Shown piece after piece: positions 1 through 11,418 of a DNA stretch of 64,000 nucleotides (positions are counted from its first letter, which is position 1; each line of letters opens with the position of its first letter). The stretch spans positions 226,240,001-226,304,000 of the forward strand of contig NC_086097.1 in NCBI RefSeq assembly GCF_963921235.1. The letters run 5' to 3'. Origin of the DNA: Mobula hypostoma. Taxonomy: Eukaryota. Made by a program: the position numbers and the translations under genes. A model generated the notes under the pieces. That model was not told where the DNA came from. It saw only the letters and a program-made list of their open reading frames with translations, and made no database searches.

Positions 1-84
1 GCTTGGCTATATCCACACCTCAGTTTTTACCACCTTGAGCTGAGAAAAAAATAAAAATGTAACAACAATAATAAGTAAATAAGC

Positions 85-660
85 AATAAATATTGAGAAC
101 ATGAGATGAAGAGTCATTGAGAGTCCATAAGTTGTGGGAACAGTTCAGTCATGGAGTGAGTGAAGTTATCCTCTCAGGTTCAAGAACATGATGACAGAGG
201 GGTAATGACTGCTCCTGAACCTGGCGGTGTGAGTCCTGAGGCTCCTGTATCTTCTTCCTGATGGCAGCAGTGAGAAGAGAGCATGAGCTGGATGGTGGGA
301 AACCTTGATGATAGATGCTGCTTTCCTGTGACTCTGCTCCATGTAGATGTGCTTAGTGCTAGGGAAGGCATTGAGTGATGGACTGGGCTGTTTCCAGTAC
401 TTTTTCCAGGCTTTTCCATTCAAGGGCATTGGTGTTTCCATACAAAATGGTTATGCAACCAGTCGAAATACTCTCCATCACACATCTATAAAAGTTTGTC
501 GAAGTTTAAGTGAGGTGCCTAATCTTCCCAAATGTCTAACAGTGTAGAGATGTTGTCATGCTTTCTTCATAATGGCACTCTCATACTGGACCCGGAACAG
601 ATCCTCTGAAATGATAACACCAAGGAGTTTAAATTTGCTGGCCCTTTCCACCTCTGATTC
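85..660 (-). mobile_element. Rex1/Babar-type LINE, decayed 3' portion
   Basis: Minus ORF 166-441 reads KAASIIKVSHHPAHALFSLLPSGRRYRSLRTHTARFRSS, the typical Rex1 RT C-terminus, followed by an AT-rich 3' UTR. Confidence 0.85.
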
Positions 661-1926
661 CCCAGAATAGGACTTGACAAATGGGCACCAGTGAAACAAG
701 ACCACACATTGCAGGCAGCTTACAAAACTTTTAAATATACTTCTTCTGAACTACTCTCAATGCAATCTGCAGCCAGTAATTTCCCTTTAAGTAACCAATT
801 TTAATCCGCCAGATCTGTCTGTCTATCCGACTTAGCATTATTACCATACCACACAGCATGAGGGAGAATGCCCATGGTGTAAATATGGAATTTCTTTCCT
901 CTCCGCAAGGATAATGCAGTGGCCATTTCTACCAATGCTATCATGAGGAGATGAATCTGCCACAGCTTTTACAGTGTAGACTATTCCTGACAAATAACAA
1001 GTAATATGTAAAAGCCTAAAGACATTTATGAAAAAAGATGTAATTATGGTTCCCACTAGGATAATGCAGGTTTCATTTAGGGTTCTGTACTGTTCCAGCT
1101 GTTTGAGGCCAAAGCAATGTAATATCCAGGCCTCTTTATCACAAGAGTAGTCGCCTCTCAGTCAGCATGGCTGTGAAATGAATATGGGCCTTTGGAAAAT
1201 TAGACCATCCATCAACACATAGGTAGGTGTGTGAAAGAGGTTCTGAGGCACCACAGGAGTGTTCCAGAGGCCTAACCCTTTCCTGTGAAGACACATAGAG
1301 AATACCTGCCCCACCTTAGCCGGAATGTTAGAAATATACACCTACGGGGCCTCTTCAGCTTTCTGATCTGCTTCACATCCTGCTGCAGCTGTGTTGCGTA
1401 GGGTGAGGTTAGAATTGCTCGTGGGGTTGTATGACTTCTTTGTACCTGATAAACATATGTGGTCTGCGATCTTTAATTTGACTAAGCTGCCCATCCAGAA
1501 GCACCCAGTAAAATTAGGTACAGTGGGATCCAGATGGCGTTCCGGCAGGTATGTAACCTGAGGCATTTTAACTGCCCACCAGCCTGGATTCTGCCAGGTG
1601 GATAGAGTTAAAATTTTCCTCCCCGTGACATTCAGCTAAAACTTGAAAGGTTTATCCAGGCACCTTGAAAGTTTTAAATGTGCAAATGTCCTTTATATTT
1701 TAGGACCGTGTAATGAATTCAGTTTTGTTTACTGCGCACTTTGTAACTTTCCAATTGAGTTCTAGACATTGCACTTTGTAGAATGAATTTTCAATTTCCA
1801 AAGCCAAAAATCTAAGGCTATTTCAAGGCAAGTTTCACCTCATTTTCCAACAGCAAGGACATTTTCACAGTTAGAACATTGTAAATGATCAAATTTATCC
1901 CATTCCACATTGAACCACATCGAAGA

Positions 1927-2150
1927 TGGTGGTGAACCTGTGGAACTCATTGTGTGAAGGCCAAGTCATTGGGTATATTTAAAGCAGAGGTCGATAGGTT
2001 CTTGCTTAGTAAGGATGTCAAAGGTTATGGGGAGAAGACAGGAGAATGGGTTTGAGAGGGCATATTAAATCAGCCATGATGTAGTGGCTGAAAACATTCG
2101 ACTGGTTGAATGACCTAATTCTGTTCTTACTGTAGTTTTATGGTCTTATG
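1927..2150 (+). mobile_element. CR1-type LINE 3' end fragment
   Basis: Matches the 3' end of the CR1 at 41740-41975 (gtgaacctgtggaa...tttaaagcagag...ggttatggggagaag) and ends in an atggtcttatgg tail. Confidence 0.85.
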
Positions 2151-2865
2151 GAACCTGAGGTTGGGAGCTCAGCAGAGAGAAAAGGTCTTTAAAGGCTCTG
2201 TGGAGGTACAAGATAACAGCCCAGTTCATGCCTACACATAGGCATAAAAACCTTGATAACTTTCAAAATACCTTAAAATATTTTGATGGCTAGTTTCAAC
2301 ATTGATAAAAGTTCCTTCAACTGAGATTTTAAAAATACCCATCAGAGTCAACAACTGCAAAATAAGTTCCTGGAGAGCAGGATGCAGCATGTGGCATGTT
2401 GGATAGAGACTTTGTGTATCTCTCCAATTGCCTCATTTACAGGTACACAGCCCACATACTCATGCAACAGCGGATTTCCCAACTAGCTGGTGCACATTTC
2501 TTGCTGGCCCACAGAAAGCTCTCACTCAACCTTTTAGATTGCCAGCCATGCACATCTATGAGACAAACATCTGAAAAAACTCACATCATCAAAGGGATTT
2601 ATATTTAAGAGGACTGTAATACAATCTAGCCGTACTATGCATTCACATGATGGTGCCTGGGATGGACTAGAACTGCAACATGTGTATGTGACTGCATAGC
2701 TGCTCCCTTGACTTACCCCATTGTTAAACTGCTTTCTTGCTTGAAGGCTGAGCAGAAAACCAAAAGTAATGAACCAAGGCAGTACAAAGCTAGAAATTAA
2801 AGTGCTCTAAACTCCTGTGGAAGGAGTCGGCTAACATTAATAAATATATTCTCTCCAAGGATTGT

Positions 2866-3210
2866 CACTTTGTTATGGTGGAGAGGCTTTTGAGTTCTGG
2901 AGATCTTGAGAACGATGCTATTTGGAACTTCGCTCCTGGTAGGGTCACCCATAGTGGTAAGGTGAAGAGGAAGGTTCCAGACATAGAACTATCCAACCAG
3001 GAACTCAACAGTAGAGCTAGTAGGCGACAATGACACATCACAACAAGGGTGAAAGGCTGCAGCAGTGAAAGGCCCCCATTTGTCTTGCATTCCATGCCAC
3101 TGGACCCTGATGCTGATCTGTTCAGAACCGTGCGGTAGCTGTCCGTGCATCAGCCTACCAATGTTAAACAAAGTCACTCACAGGTTTTCTCCATTAAGGG
3201 AATTCACCCT
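2866..3210 (+). mobile_element. RTE-clade (Expander/BovB-like) LINE 5' UTR remnant
   Basis: cactttgttatggtggagaggc...ctcctggtagggtcacccat...ccagac resembles RTE 5' leaders as recalled; no ORF follows. Confidence 0.55.
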
Positions 3211-3426
3211 AACACCCCAGATTTACATGGATCCCGGATCAGCCTTTACAGACACTCAAGAAGCCACCAATCGACAATCCATTAGAAGAACATCATACTT
3301 GAAACAAGAGATTGCACTACCAAATATTGATAATTCTAACACATGAAAAGATCATTAAGAGACTATCATCCCAAAATTACATGTGAGAGCTAATTTGATA
3401 ATTGTATTGTGTATTGGTTTATTATG

Positions 3427-3630
3427 AGAAGAAGGTACAGGAGCCTCAGGACCCACACCACCAGGTTCTGGAACAGTTATTACCCCTCACCCATCAGGCT
3501 CTTGAACCGGAGGGGATAACTTCACACAACTTCACTTGCCCCATCACTGAACTATTCCCACAATCTATGGACTCACTTTCAAGGACTCTTTATCTCATAT
3601 TTTCAATATTTATTCCTTGTTTGTTTATTA
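3427..3630 (+). mobile_element. Rex1-type LINE 3' end, interrupted by the LTR at 3631
   Basis: Same RRYRSLRTHTTRF coding tail and 3' UTR as 85-330, in the opposite orientation. Confidence 0.8.
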
Positions 3631-4507
3631 TGTGACAAGAATACACATAGATAAGATGTAGCTGTCCTGTGCTGGCACCGGGGGTATCAGCAGTTGGTCT
3701 GCCACCTCTCTTCAGGAGAGGGAGAGATAAGGAACACAACGAAGCAGCATTTGGAGATGTTAATGAAGGAGCCATCAGTCTGGGTATTGTCAAGATCGGC
3801 TCCCCCTTTGAACCCTGAACTGTTTGAAGTGATGGACAGGCGATACCCCAGCAGGGGGATAAAAAGGGACAGGTTCGCTAAGGCAATACTCATGACACCG
3901 AGGTAACGAGACCCTGGAAGCGGTGCGCCTCTCACAAGTCGGTGGGAAGCTTTTGGACGGCTGATCGCGGGATCAAGCCATAAACGCACAGGGTGGAAAG
4001 GCACGATCGGCGGGAACCTGGTGTGTGTCCACCCTTGCCTGGGTGCCAGGTTCAGTGCGGGGAAACGATTCATATCTGGAAACGGAGGGGTCACGGTCGG
4101 TGACCTCAGATGACATCACAAAGGACTCGCCCGACAGCTGACTGCGAAGGTCTGTGTGTGGAAGCTGTGTTGAATATTCATTCGTTTTGCTCTCTCTCCT
4201 CCCCCCCCCACTGTCCATCGCCATGGCAACGATTACTGCGAACTGAACTAAATTGAACTGGACTTTTTGTCACTTTGAAACTGGTCATTTACCCCTAGAC
4301 AACGATAGAGCTTGATTAATCTTGTTATCCTAATTCTGTGTACATGTGTGTTTATCATTGCTGAACTGTTGCATTTATTATCCTTTTTTGATTAGAGTAC
4401 TGTGTTGCTTGTTTCTTTAATAAAACTTTCTTAGTTCTAGTAATCCAGACTCCAACTGAGTGATCCATTTCTGCTGGTTTGGCAACCCAGTTACGGGGTA
4501 CGTAACA
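3631..4507 (+). repeat. 5' LTR (877 bp) of the Gmr1-like element
   Basis: TG...CA ends with imperfect inverted termini (tgtgac/gtaaca); AATAAA near 4419; PBS immediately downstream. Confidence 0.8.
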
Positions 4508-4511
4508 TAAG

Positions 4512-4530
4512 TGGGGTTCTCGTCCGCGAT
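4512..4530 (+). promoter_or_regulatory. Primer binding site, tRNA-Pro-like
   Basis: tggggttctcgtccgcgat, 4 nt after the LTR end; resembles the tRNA-Pro PBS TGGGGGCTCGTCCGGGAT. Confidence 0.8.
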
Positions 4531-4606
4531 TTTGAACGCTAAATTTGGGACGGAGTAAATTAATTGGGTTAAAATTCCCGAAAGAAAGAAAAGACAAACA
4601 GCAGAA

Positions 4607-6356
4607 ATAGAGGCTGAGGAATTTATAAAGGAGCCGACCTTGGAGGCATTAGAGGATGCCAGGAAATCGGAATTGGTAGCTGTGGCCAAACGGTTGAATC
4701 TTGCTAAGGGGAAGTCGACAATGAGGAGAGAGGAGATACACAGAGCTATCATAGAGCACTATGTATCTAAAGGTGTGTTTCCCCAAGGCGAGCTGGGGGT
4801 GGTGTCTATTGAAAAACCTGCTGGAGACGCGGTACAGGTGCAGCTTGAAAAACTGAGACTCGAGCACGAGTTCCGGGTACGGCAGTTAGAGCGAGAAGAG
4901 AAAGAGAGGGACAGACAGTTGCAGAGAGAAGAGAAGGAGAGAGAGTTAGAAAGGCAGGAGAGAGAGTTAGAAAGGCAAGAGAGAGAGTTAGAAAGGTGGG
5001 AGAAAGAGAAATAGTTAGAAAGGCAGGAGAGAGAGAGAGAGAGAGAGACAGCTGGAGCGAGAGGAGAAACAGAGGGAAAGGGAATTCGAGCTGGAGAAGT
5101 TAAAGATAAGGGCAGAGCAGGGGCTCGTGCCGAACCAAGGTGGAGGTTTCCGGGCGACCCAGGAGGTTAGGCTGGTTCCCCCATTTGACGATACAGACGT
5201 GGATCGGTACTTTCTTCATTTCAAAAAAGTGGCTATAAGTCAGGAATGGCCGAGGGATAAGTGGGTTGTTTTGCTTCAGAGTGTACTGAAAGGGAAAGCC
5301 CAAGAAGCTTACTCAGCTTTGTCCGCGGAAGATGCCCAGAGGTATGAGGTGGTGAAAGAGACCATCCTCAGGATTTATGAGTTGGTCCCGGAGGCATACC
5401 GGCAGAGGTTCCGGAATGCGAGGAAGCAGTGGGACCGCACGTATTTGGAGTTTGCCCGTGAGATGCAGACATATTGTGAGCGTTGGTGCGCCTCGAAGGG
5501 GGTAGAGGGGGATTATGACAGACTGCTACAGCTGATCCTGATTGAGCAGTTTAAAGGTTGTGTCCCTGAGGGTATGAGACCCTACCTAGATGAGAAAGAG
5601 GCAGCCACGTTAGCTGCAACTGCTAAGTTAGCGGATGAGTATGCGTTGACACATAAAATGAAGTTTGCCCCGAGTAAAGGCTACCAGAAGGGTAGTCAGG
5701 ACGACGGGGAGAGTCCGCCGGAAAAGTCAGAAAGTAAGCCGGGGACTAGTGAGAAGGATAAGGTAGACCGGGAGCAGTCTGGTAGGAAGTCTCCTGGGGT
5801 CGTCTGTTATAATTGCGGGAAAGTCAGACACTTTGCGTCCAGGTGCTTTGCCCCAAAGAAGGAGACGGGAAAAGGGAAAACAGCGATTTTGACTGGCTGT
5901 ATCGAGCTGGTAAGCGAACCGCTAGGACAGGACAGGTCTGCCAAAGTTCAGGAAGGGCGCGAGAAGTTTATCTCGGCCGGATTGGTGTCAGTGAAGGAGG
6001 GGTTAAAACCAGTTCCAGTGCAGATCTGGAGAGACATGGGAGCGTTTCAGTCACTAATACTGAAGAGTGTATTAGAGTTTAGCTCAGAGACCCAGACTGG
6101 GGAGGTAAAGGTCAAAGGTGTTGGGGAAGGGACAGAGTCAGTCCCTTTGCACCAGATACACTTACAAAGCAACCTGGTCTCTGGACTAGTCACGATCGGG
6201 GTGAGGTCCGAATTACCGATGAAAGGCGTGGAAGTCTTGCTCGGTAATGACGTCGCCGGGGGAATCGTGTTCCCAGTCGTGAGATTGACAGGTCAGCCTG
6301 CCAGCACTGAAGCCCCGCCCATGGACTCACAGGTTCATCATGGGCTGCGGTGGTAA
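4607..6356 (+). pseudogene. gag: Gag-protease of the Gmr1-like element (coiled coil, SCAN-like capsid domain, CCHC zinc knuckle, degenerate aspartic protease)
   Basis: ORFs 4640-5014 and 5127-6356; PEAYRQRFR...LILIEQF; CYNCGKVRHFASRC; protease site reads RDMGA; probable start codon is ATA, with a stop at 5012 and a frame change near the (GA)n run. Confidence 0.85.
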
Positions 6357-6533
6357 ATTTAGCTGAGACGTTTCTGCCAACCTTGTACGAGAAGGAACCT
6401 TGTAGAAACCTTGTAGAAAATGAAAAGAAGGAGTTTAGTGAGACAAGAGGTAGTGAGGGAGCTGGGACAGACGTAGCATTAGCCAGGAAAGAATTTGTGC
6501 AGGCGCGGGAGCGAGACGAGGGGCTGATGGGTT

Positions 6534-7650
6534 TTGGCAGAGACAGCTCTCTCTGACACAGACTTGACAAGGGAACTAGTAGGCTATTGTGTGGAGGAGG
6601 AAGTGCTAAGGAAGCAAGGGAGACCAAGTACCGTACCCGCAGATGAGGAATGGGGGGTGGTGCAAAAGAGTTATGGGAATGAGGTTTTTAACCTGGCCCA
6701 CAAGGTACCCCCAGTGGACATTTTGCGGTACTGGAGGGAACAGTTGGTGGAATCATGAAAGAGGTTTACCGGCTGCCCAGGGGGGAGGATGTTATTGATT
6801 ATGACCGACGCGAACTGAGATGGTCACAGGCTTTTGATATGCTAACAAACCTAGTCGATATTAGCGCGGAAATCAATGAAGCTAGGGTCCCCCTGATAAG
6901 AGAAAAAAAACATTTTGAAAAGATGAGTATGGTATCGACCAGATGGGAGAAGGCTATTGTTTTGGCCAGGTCTGCTGATAAGGTCTTTTCCTTAATCCCC
7001 GAACAAAGCGACTCTTTAGGAGAAGTAATTAAACGACTCGCACCCGTGTGTTTGATTGTCCCGAGGCGATGCAAAGAACTGGGACATTGGGTGGTGTCTG
7101 TTACAATAGGTCAGCCTAGTAAGCAACATTCATATAGAATGAGTAATTCAGTGACTAAAGGGCTGACGAACACAGAGGTGTGTATTGGCAGTTTAATACG
7201 GCTGTCTGAAACCAGCTTGATAGTGAACCTTGAAGAAAATGAGTTCGGCCACATGAAGGTCACTTACCTGGGAATTGTGGTGACACAGGGGCAGCTGGCA
7301 GCGATGCAAGCTACAGTGCAGGCTATCGCTGACCTCCCAACCCCGACAGACAAGAGGGCCCTCAGAAGGCTCTTGGAGATGGTGGGGTACTGTAGGAAGT
7401 TTTGCAATAACTCTGCAGTCACTACCCCTCCCCCTCCTACTAAGCCCTTGCGAGAGAAAACTAAGTCGGAATGGGACGACCCTTGTTATTGTGGTCCGGG
7501 ACAAAACCAAATGAGAGGTTACATTGATCGCAATTCATCAGTGTTTTTGGCCACTATGAAGTTTGCTAAGTTGGAGCCTGGTCTAAGGGATTATTAATAA
7601 CACATATAAAAGGAACAGAAAATGTGATGGCTGACTGTCTGTCAGGTGTT
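6534..7650 (+). pseudogene. pol: Patchwork pol remnants: integrase Zn-finger piece, RT N-terminus, RT thumb, RNase H C-terminus
   Basis: VFNLAHKVP (IN HHCC region); QPSKQHSYR; VNLEENEFGHMKVTYLG...PTPTDKRALRRLLEMVGYCRKF; HIKGTENVMADCLS near 7600-7645; no YxDD motif or DDE core. Confidence 0.75.
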
Positions 7651-7666
7651 GACAACTTCAAATTCA

Positions 7667-8190
7667 GGTGTATGGGGCTGCCATTGTCACAACACTGCTG
7701 TATGGCTCCAAAGCCTGAGTCTTGCACCACAACCAAATCCGGTTGCTCAAGCATTTCCATCAGCGCTACCTCCGCTCCATCATAGGTATCAGCTGGCAGG
7801 ATCGTGTCCCTGACAATGAAATCTGGGAGAAGGCTCAACTTCCAAGCATTGATGCCACTCTTCTGCTCAAGCAGCTCCACTGGACAGGCCACGTGTCTTG
7901 CATGGACAACTGCAAGTTACCGAAAGCAGTACTGTACGGAGAACTCTCTCAGGGTGAGAGAGATCATGGTGCCCTGTGCAAAAGTGCAAAGACCAATTTA
8001 AGCAGCAGCTCTCTCAGGCAAATACCGAGGTCAGTGAGTGGCAGCAGGTGGCTTGTGACAGAGACCTCTGGAGAAGACCGATCCATGGAGCAACTAAGAA
8101 TTTTGAGGAAACCAGAAGAATGACTGCCGAGGAGAGGAGGAGACACAGAAAGGATCCTACTACCCAAGTGCCCATATCCCAGGAATGCGA
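7667..8190 (+). mobile_element. RTE/BovB-like LINE RT C-terminal fragment
   Basis: TLLYG...FHQRYLRSIIGISWQDRVPDNEI...LHWTGHVSCM...LPKAVLYGEL...WQQVACDRDLWR. Confidence 0.85.
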
Positions 8191-8584
8191 GAAGAACCAA
8201 CAGCACTTGGACAAAACCCACGCGGCCACAGAAAGAAGGTACAAACTCTTTACAGATGGCAGCTGTGGGCACAGTGGTGGGCACAGCTGGAAGAGCAGAG
8301 CACCATGGGGCATTGCTGGTCATGAGAGGAGTTGAGCTGGGTAGAATAGGAATTGAATGGTATAAGACTGAGCATGGTGGGAGTTGAGCCCAGCTTCATA
8401 GGCAGTGAGCCAGGCATGACGAAATTTGCTTTGGACATAATGAGTATTGAGATGAGTACAACACCCATTGAGCTGGGCACAACAGAAATTCCATGGGGCA
8501 GGACAGGCCTGGAGATGGACACAGCAGGTGTTGTGCCCAGCTGTGTAGATACTGAGCTGAACTTGGGGGTATTGAACCAGATAA

Positions 8585-9090
8585 TGGTGGCCAGTGCTAT
8601 CATGTTTGCTGATGTGTGCTGGGGCAGCAGGCTGAGGGTAGCAGACACCAACAGAATCAACAAACTCATTCGTAAGGTCAGTGATGTTGTGGGGATGGAA
8701 CTGGACTCTCTGTCAGTGGTGTCTGAAAAGAGGATACTGTCCAAGTTGCATGCCATCTTGAACAATGTCTCCCATCCACTACATAATGTACTGGTTGGGC
8801 ACAGGAGTACATTCAGCCAGAGACTTATTCCTCCGAGATGCAGCACAGAGCGTCATAGGAAGTCATTCCTGCCTGTGGCCATCAAACTTTACGACTCCTC
8901 CCTTGGAGGGTCAGACACCCTGAGCCAATAGGCTGGTCCTGGACTTACTTCCATGTGGCATAATTTACATATTATTTAATTATTTATGATTTTATATTGC
9001 TATATTTATACTCTATTCTTGGTTGGTGCAACTGTAATGAAACCCAATTTCCCTCGGGATCAATAAAGTATGACTATGACTATGACTATA
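8585..9090 (+). mobile_element. Rex1/Babar-type LINE, 5'-truncated, (GACTAT)n tail
   Basis: VASAIMFADVCWG...SHPLH...RLIPPRCSTERHRKSFLPVAIKLY; aataaag then (tatgac)n; near-identical copies at 44906 and 47366. Confidence 0.9.
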
Positions 9091-10459
9091 AAGTTCCTCC
9101 CCACTTTATGCCAGGATTCCTCTCCTATGAACTGTTCATAACCCAAACAATCTGCAAGTTGGAAATACAGCCATGAACCAACTTCTCACATGGTAGAAGA
9201 TGCCTGCAGACCACTACAGCTGGCAAATCCATCCCACCAGTCGTCCAAGTGCTCAAGCAGGGTGTTTATAAATTGGGGGGGACGTGAATTGGTAAAATTA
9301 ATTGCAACAGGAGTTGAGCTGCCTGCAGCAGGAGCTGAAAAGATGTTGACAGAGGCACTAAGGCAGTCAAGGTAGGTAATGTAGGAACTGACATGTACAC
9401 AATGCGGTTGAACTAGGAACAGTAGAGATTAAGGTAAACCCAGCAATGTGAATCAATCAGAGCAGTTTGACTTTATACTCAAATTGTTCAAGCTCTAGTG
9501 CAAAATTGTCAACCTATTTTGTTCTCCCACATTGGGAGTGGATTCACTTGGGTTCTCTGAAGGTCACCTCATTAGTATTCTTCGCTTCATTTGTGTACCC
9601 TGCTTACTTGGGCATCCTTAAGCAAATTGGCTTTTCTATAGAACTGTGGTTAATTTTTCATAAGTGGATGTTTGTTCCATCCTCAATAACATGACTGTGC
9701 AAGTCTGTAATGAGTATTGACGTGACAATATTGCTGAATCCTTCCTACCATTCATATTTTGTATCTCTTGCACAGAATTATTGTCACACGGCAAATATTA
9801 CACAGTTTTTTTAATACTTATAATTTTGTCAATTAAATTTATTGGCTGAGATTGGAGTGAAGTTAAAATGATTATTGATACATAATTTTTAGCAACCATG
9901 GCATTAACCATAATATTTTACATCCTAATGGAAAAGATATTTTCCATAGTTTTTGATAACCTATCCTATTTTGTTTTCCTATTTGATATTTGATTATGCT
10001 GTTACCCTCTTAGCTGTGCTTTTTCCAGTCACATGACACACATTCCTCCCTTAAGTCCTGTTGACGTTATTTTTTTCACTCGATGTATATATTCTACTTG
10101 CATTCATGAATAATATGTGCATTTGAGAATTTTGTCTATTGATTTGAGAAAGGTTTGTTGTAGAAATTGCCCCGCACAATGGACAGAGGAAAATCATCAG
10201 TCTTAATTCATCGCACTTCATAGAAACATTTTATTTTTCCAGTGAAGAATAAGGATATTTTTGATTGGTCAGGGCATGAAGGCAGGAGATTGGGGTTTAG
10301 AGGAAAACTGGATCAGCCGTAATGAAATAGCAGAGCAGACTCAATGGGTCACATGGTCTAATTCTGATGTTATATTTTATGGTCAAAGTCTGGTCCAAAT
10401 ACAGCTAGTTCAGGGCAGTACATCATGTAACATTCTAAAACTTGCAATAGGTCTAATGT

Positions 10460-10740
10460 CATAGAGTCAGAAAGTCATAGAAAAGTATAGCATAGATGTA
10501 GGCCCTTTGGCCCATCTAGTCCATGCTGAACTATTTAAACTTCCTATTCCCATCGACCTGCACCGGGACCATAGCCCTCCATGCCCCTACCATCTGGGTA
10601 CCTACCAAACTTCTCTTAACTGTTGAAATCAAGCTCACATGCACCACTTGTGCCAGCAGCTCATTCCACACTCTCATCACCCTCTGAGTGAAGAAGATTC
10701 CCCTCATGTTCCTTATAAACATTTCACCTTTCACCCTTAA
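10460..10740 (-). mobile_element. CR1-type LINE 3' end
   Basis: Minus ORF ...RGIFFTQRVMRVWNEL and a CR1 3' UTR. Confidence 0.85.
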
Positions 10741-10962
10741 TATATATGAAGCCCAATTCAAGAAGTGGTGAAACTGTTGTTTATTTTTCGCAACAATAAA
10801 ATATTGCCTCAGTATTGAACTTGGGGACAGAATTTACATTCACTTCATTGTTGACCCAAATGCAACTTACTACCCTGGTAGCTATTTTTCATCCACCATA
10901 AATCAACAAAATTTTTTGGCGCGAGTCACCTTTTGTACTTCTTCACTCCAACGCGAAAATCC

Positions 10963-11418
10963 CTATCTTATTCAACCTTTCCTTGTTGATATGCCTTTTA
11001 ATCCAGGCACCAACCTGGTAAATCTCCTCTGCACCCTCTCTAAAGCTTCCACTTCCTTCCTATAATGAGGGGACCAAAACTGAATATTATAGTCCAAGTG
11101 TGGTCTAACCAGAATTTTATATAGCAGCAATATTACCTTGCAGCTCTCAATATCAATCCCCTGATTAATGAAGGCCAATACATCATACTCCTTTTTAAGC
11201 ACCCTATTAAAATTCTCAGCAACATATGTAGATCTTAGGATCTATTGATGAGGACCCCCAAATCCCACTGTCTCTCCACACTGCTAAGAATCCTGTCATT
11301 AACCTTGAACTCTGCCTTCAAATTCAACCCTCCAAAATTTATCACTTCACACTTTCCATATTGAACGCCATCTGTCACTTCTCAGCCTACCTCTGTACCC
11401 TATCAATGTCCCATTTTA
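10963..11418 (-). mobile_element. CR1-type LINE RT C-terminal fragment
   Basis: LYKILVRPHLDYNIQFWSPHYRKEVEALERVQRRFTR. Confidence 0.85.

Larger units (their letters stand above)
3631..7665 (+). mobile_element. Gmr1-like Ty3/Gypsy LTR retrotransposon, internally deleted and 3'-truncated
   Basis: 5' LTR TGTGAC...GTAACA, tRNA-Pro-like PBS, SCAN-like Gag, CCHC knuckle, protease, then pol remnants in IN-RT-RH order; no 3' LTR in the window. Confidence 0.85.

Noticed and set aside
841..1566. Minus-strand exon candidates (about 850-987 and 1342-1445)
   Set aside because: Splice-like ends are present, but the translations match nothing I recognise and no consistent gene model forms
8353..8931. 192-aa ORF as a novel gene
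   Set aside because: Chance fusion of the periodic region to a 5'-truncated Rex1 RT tail
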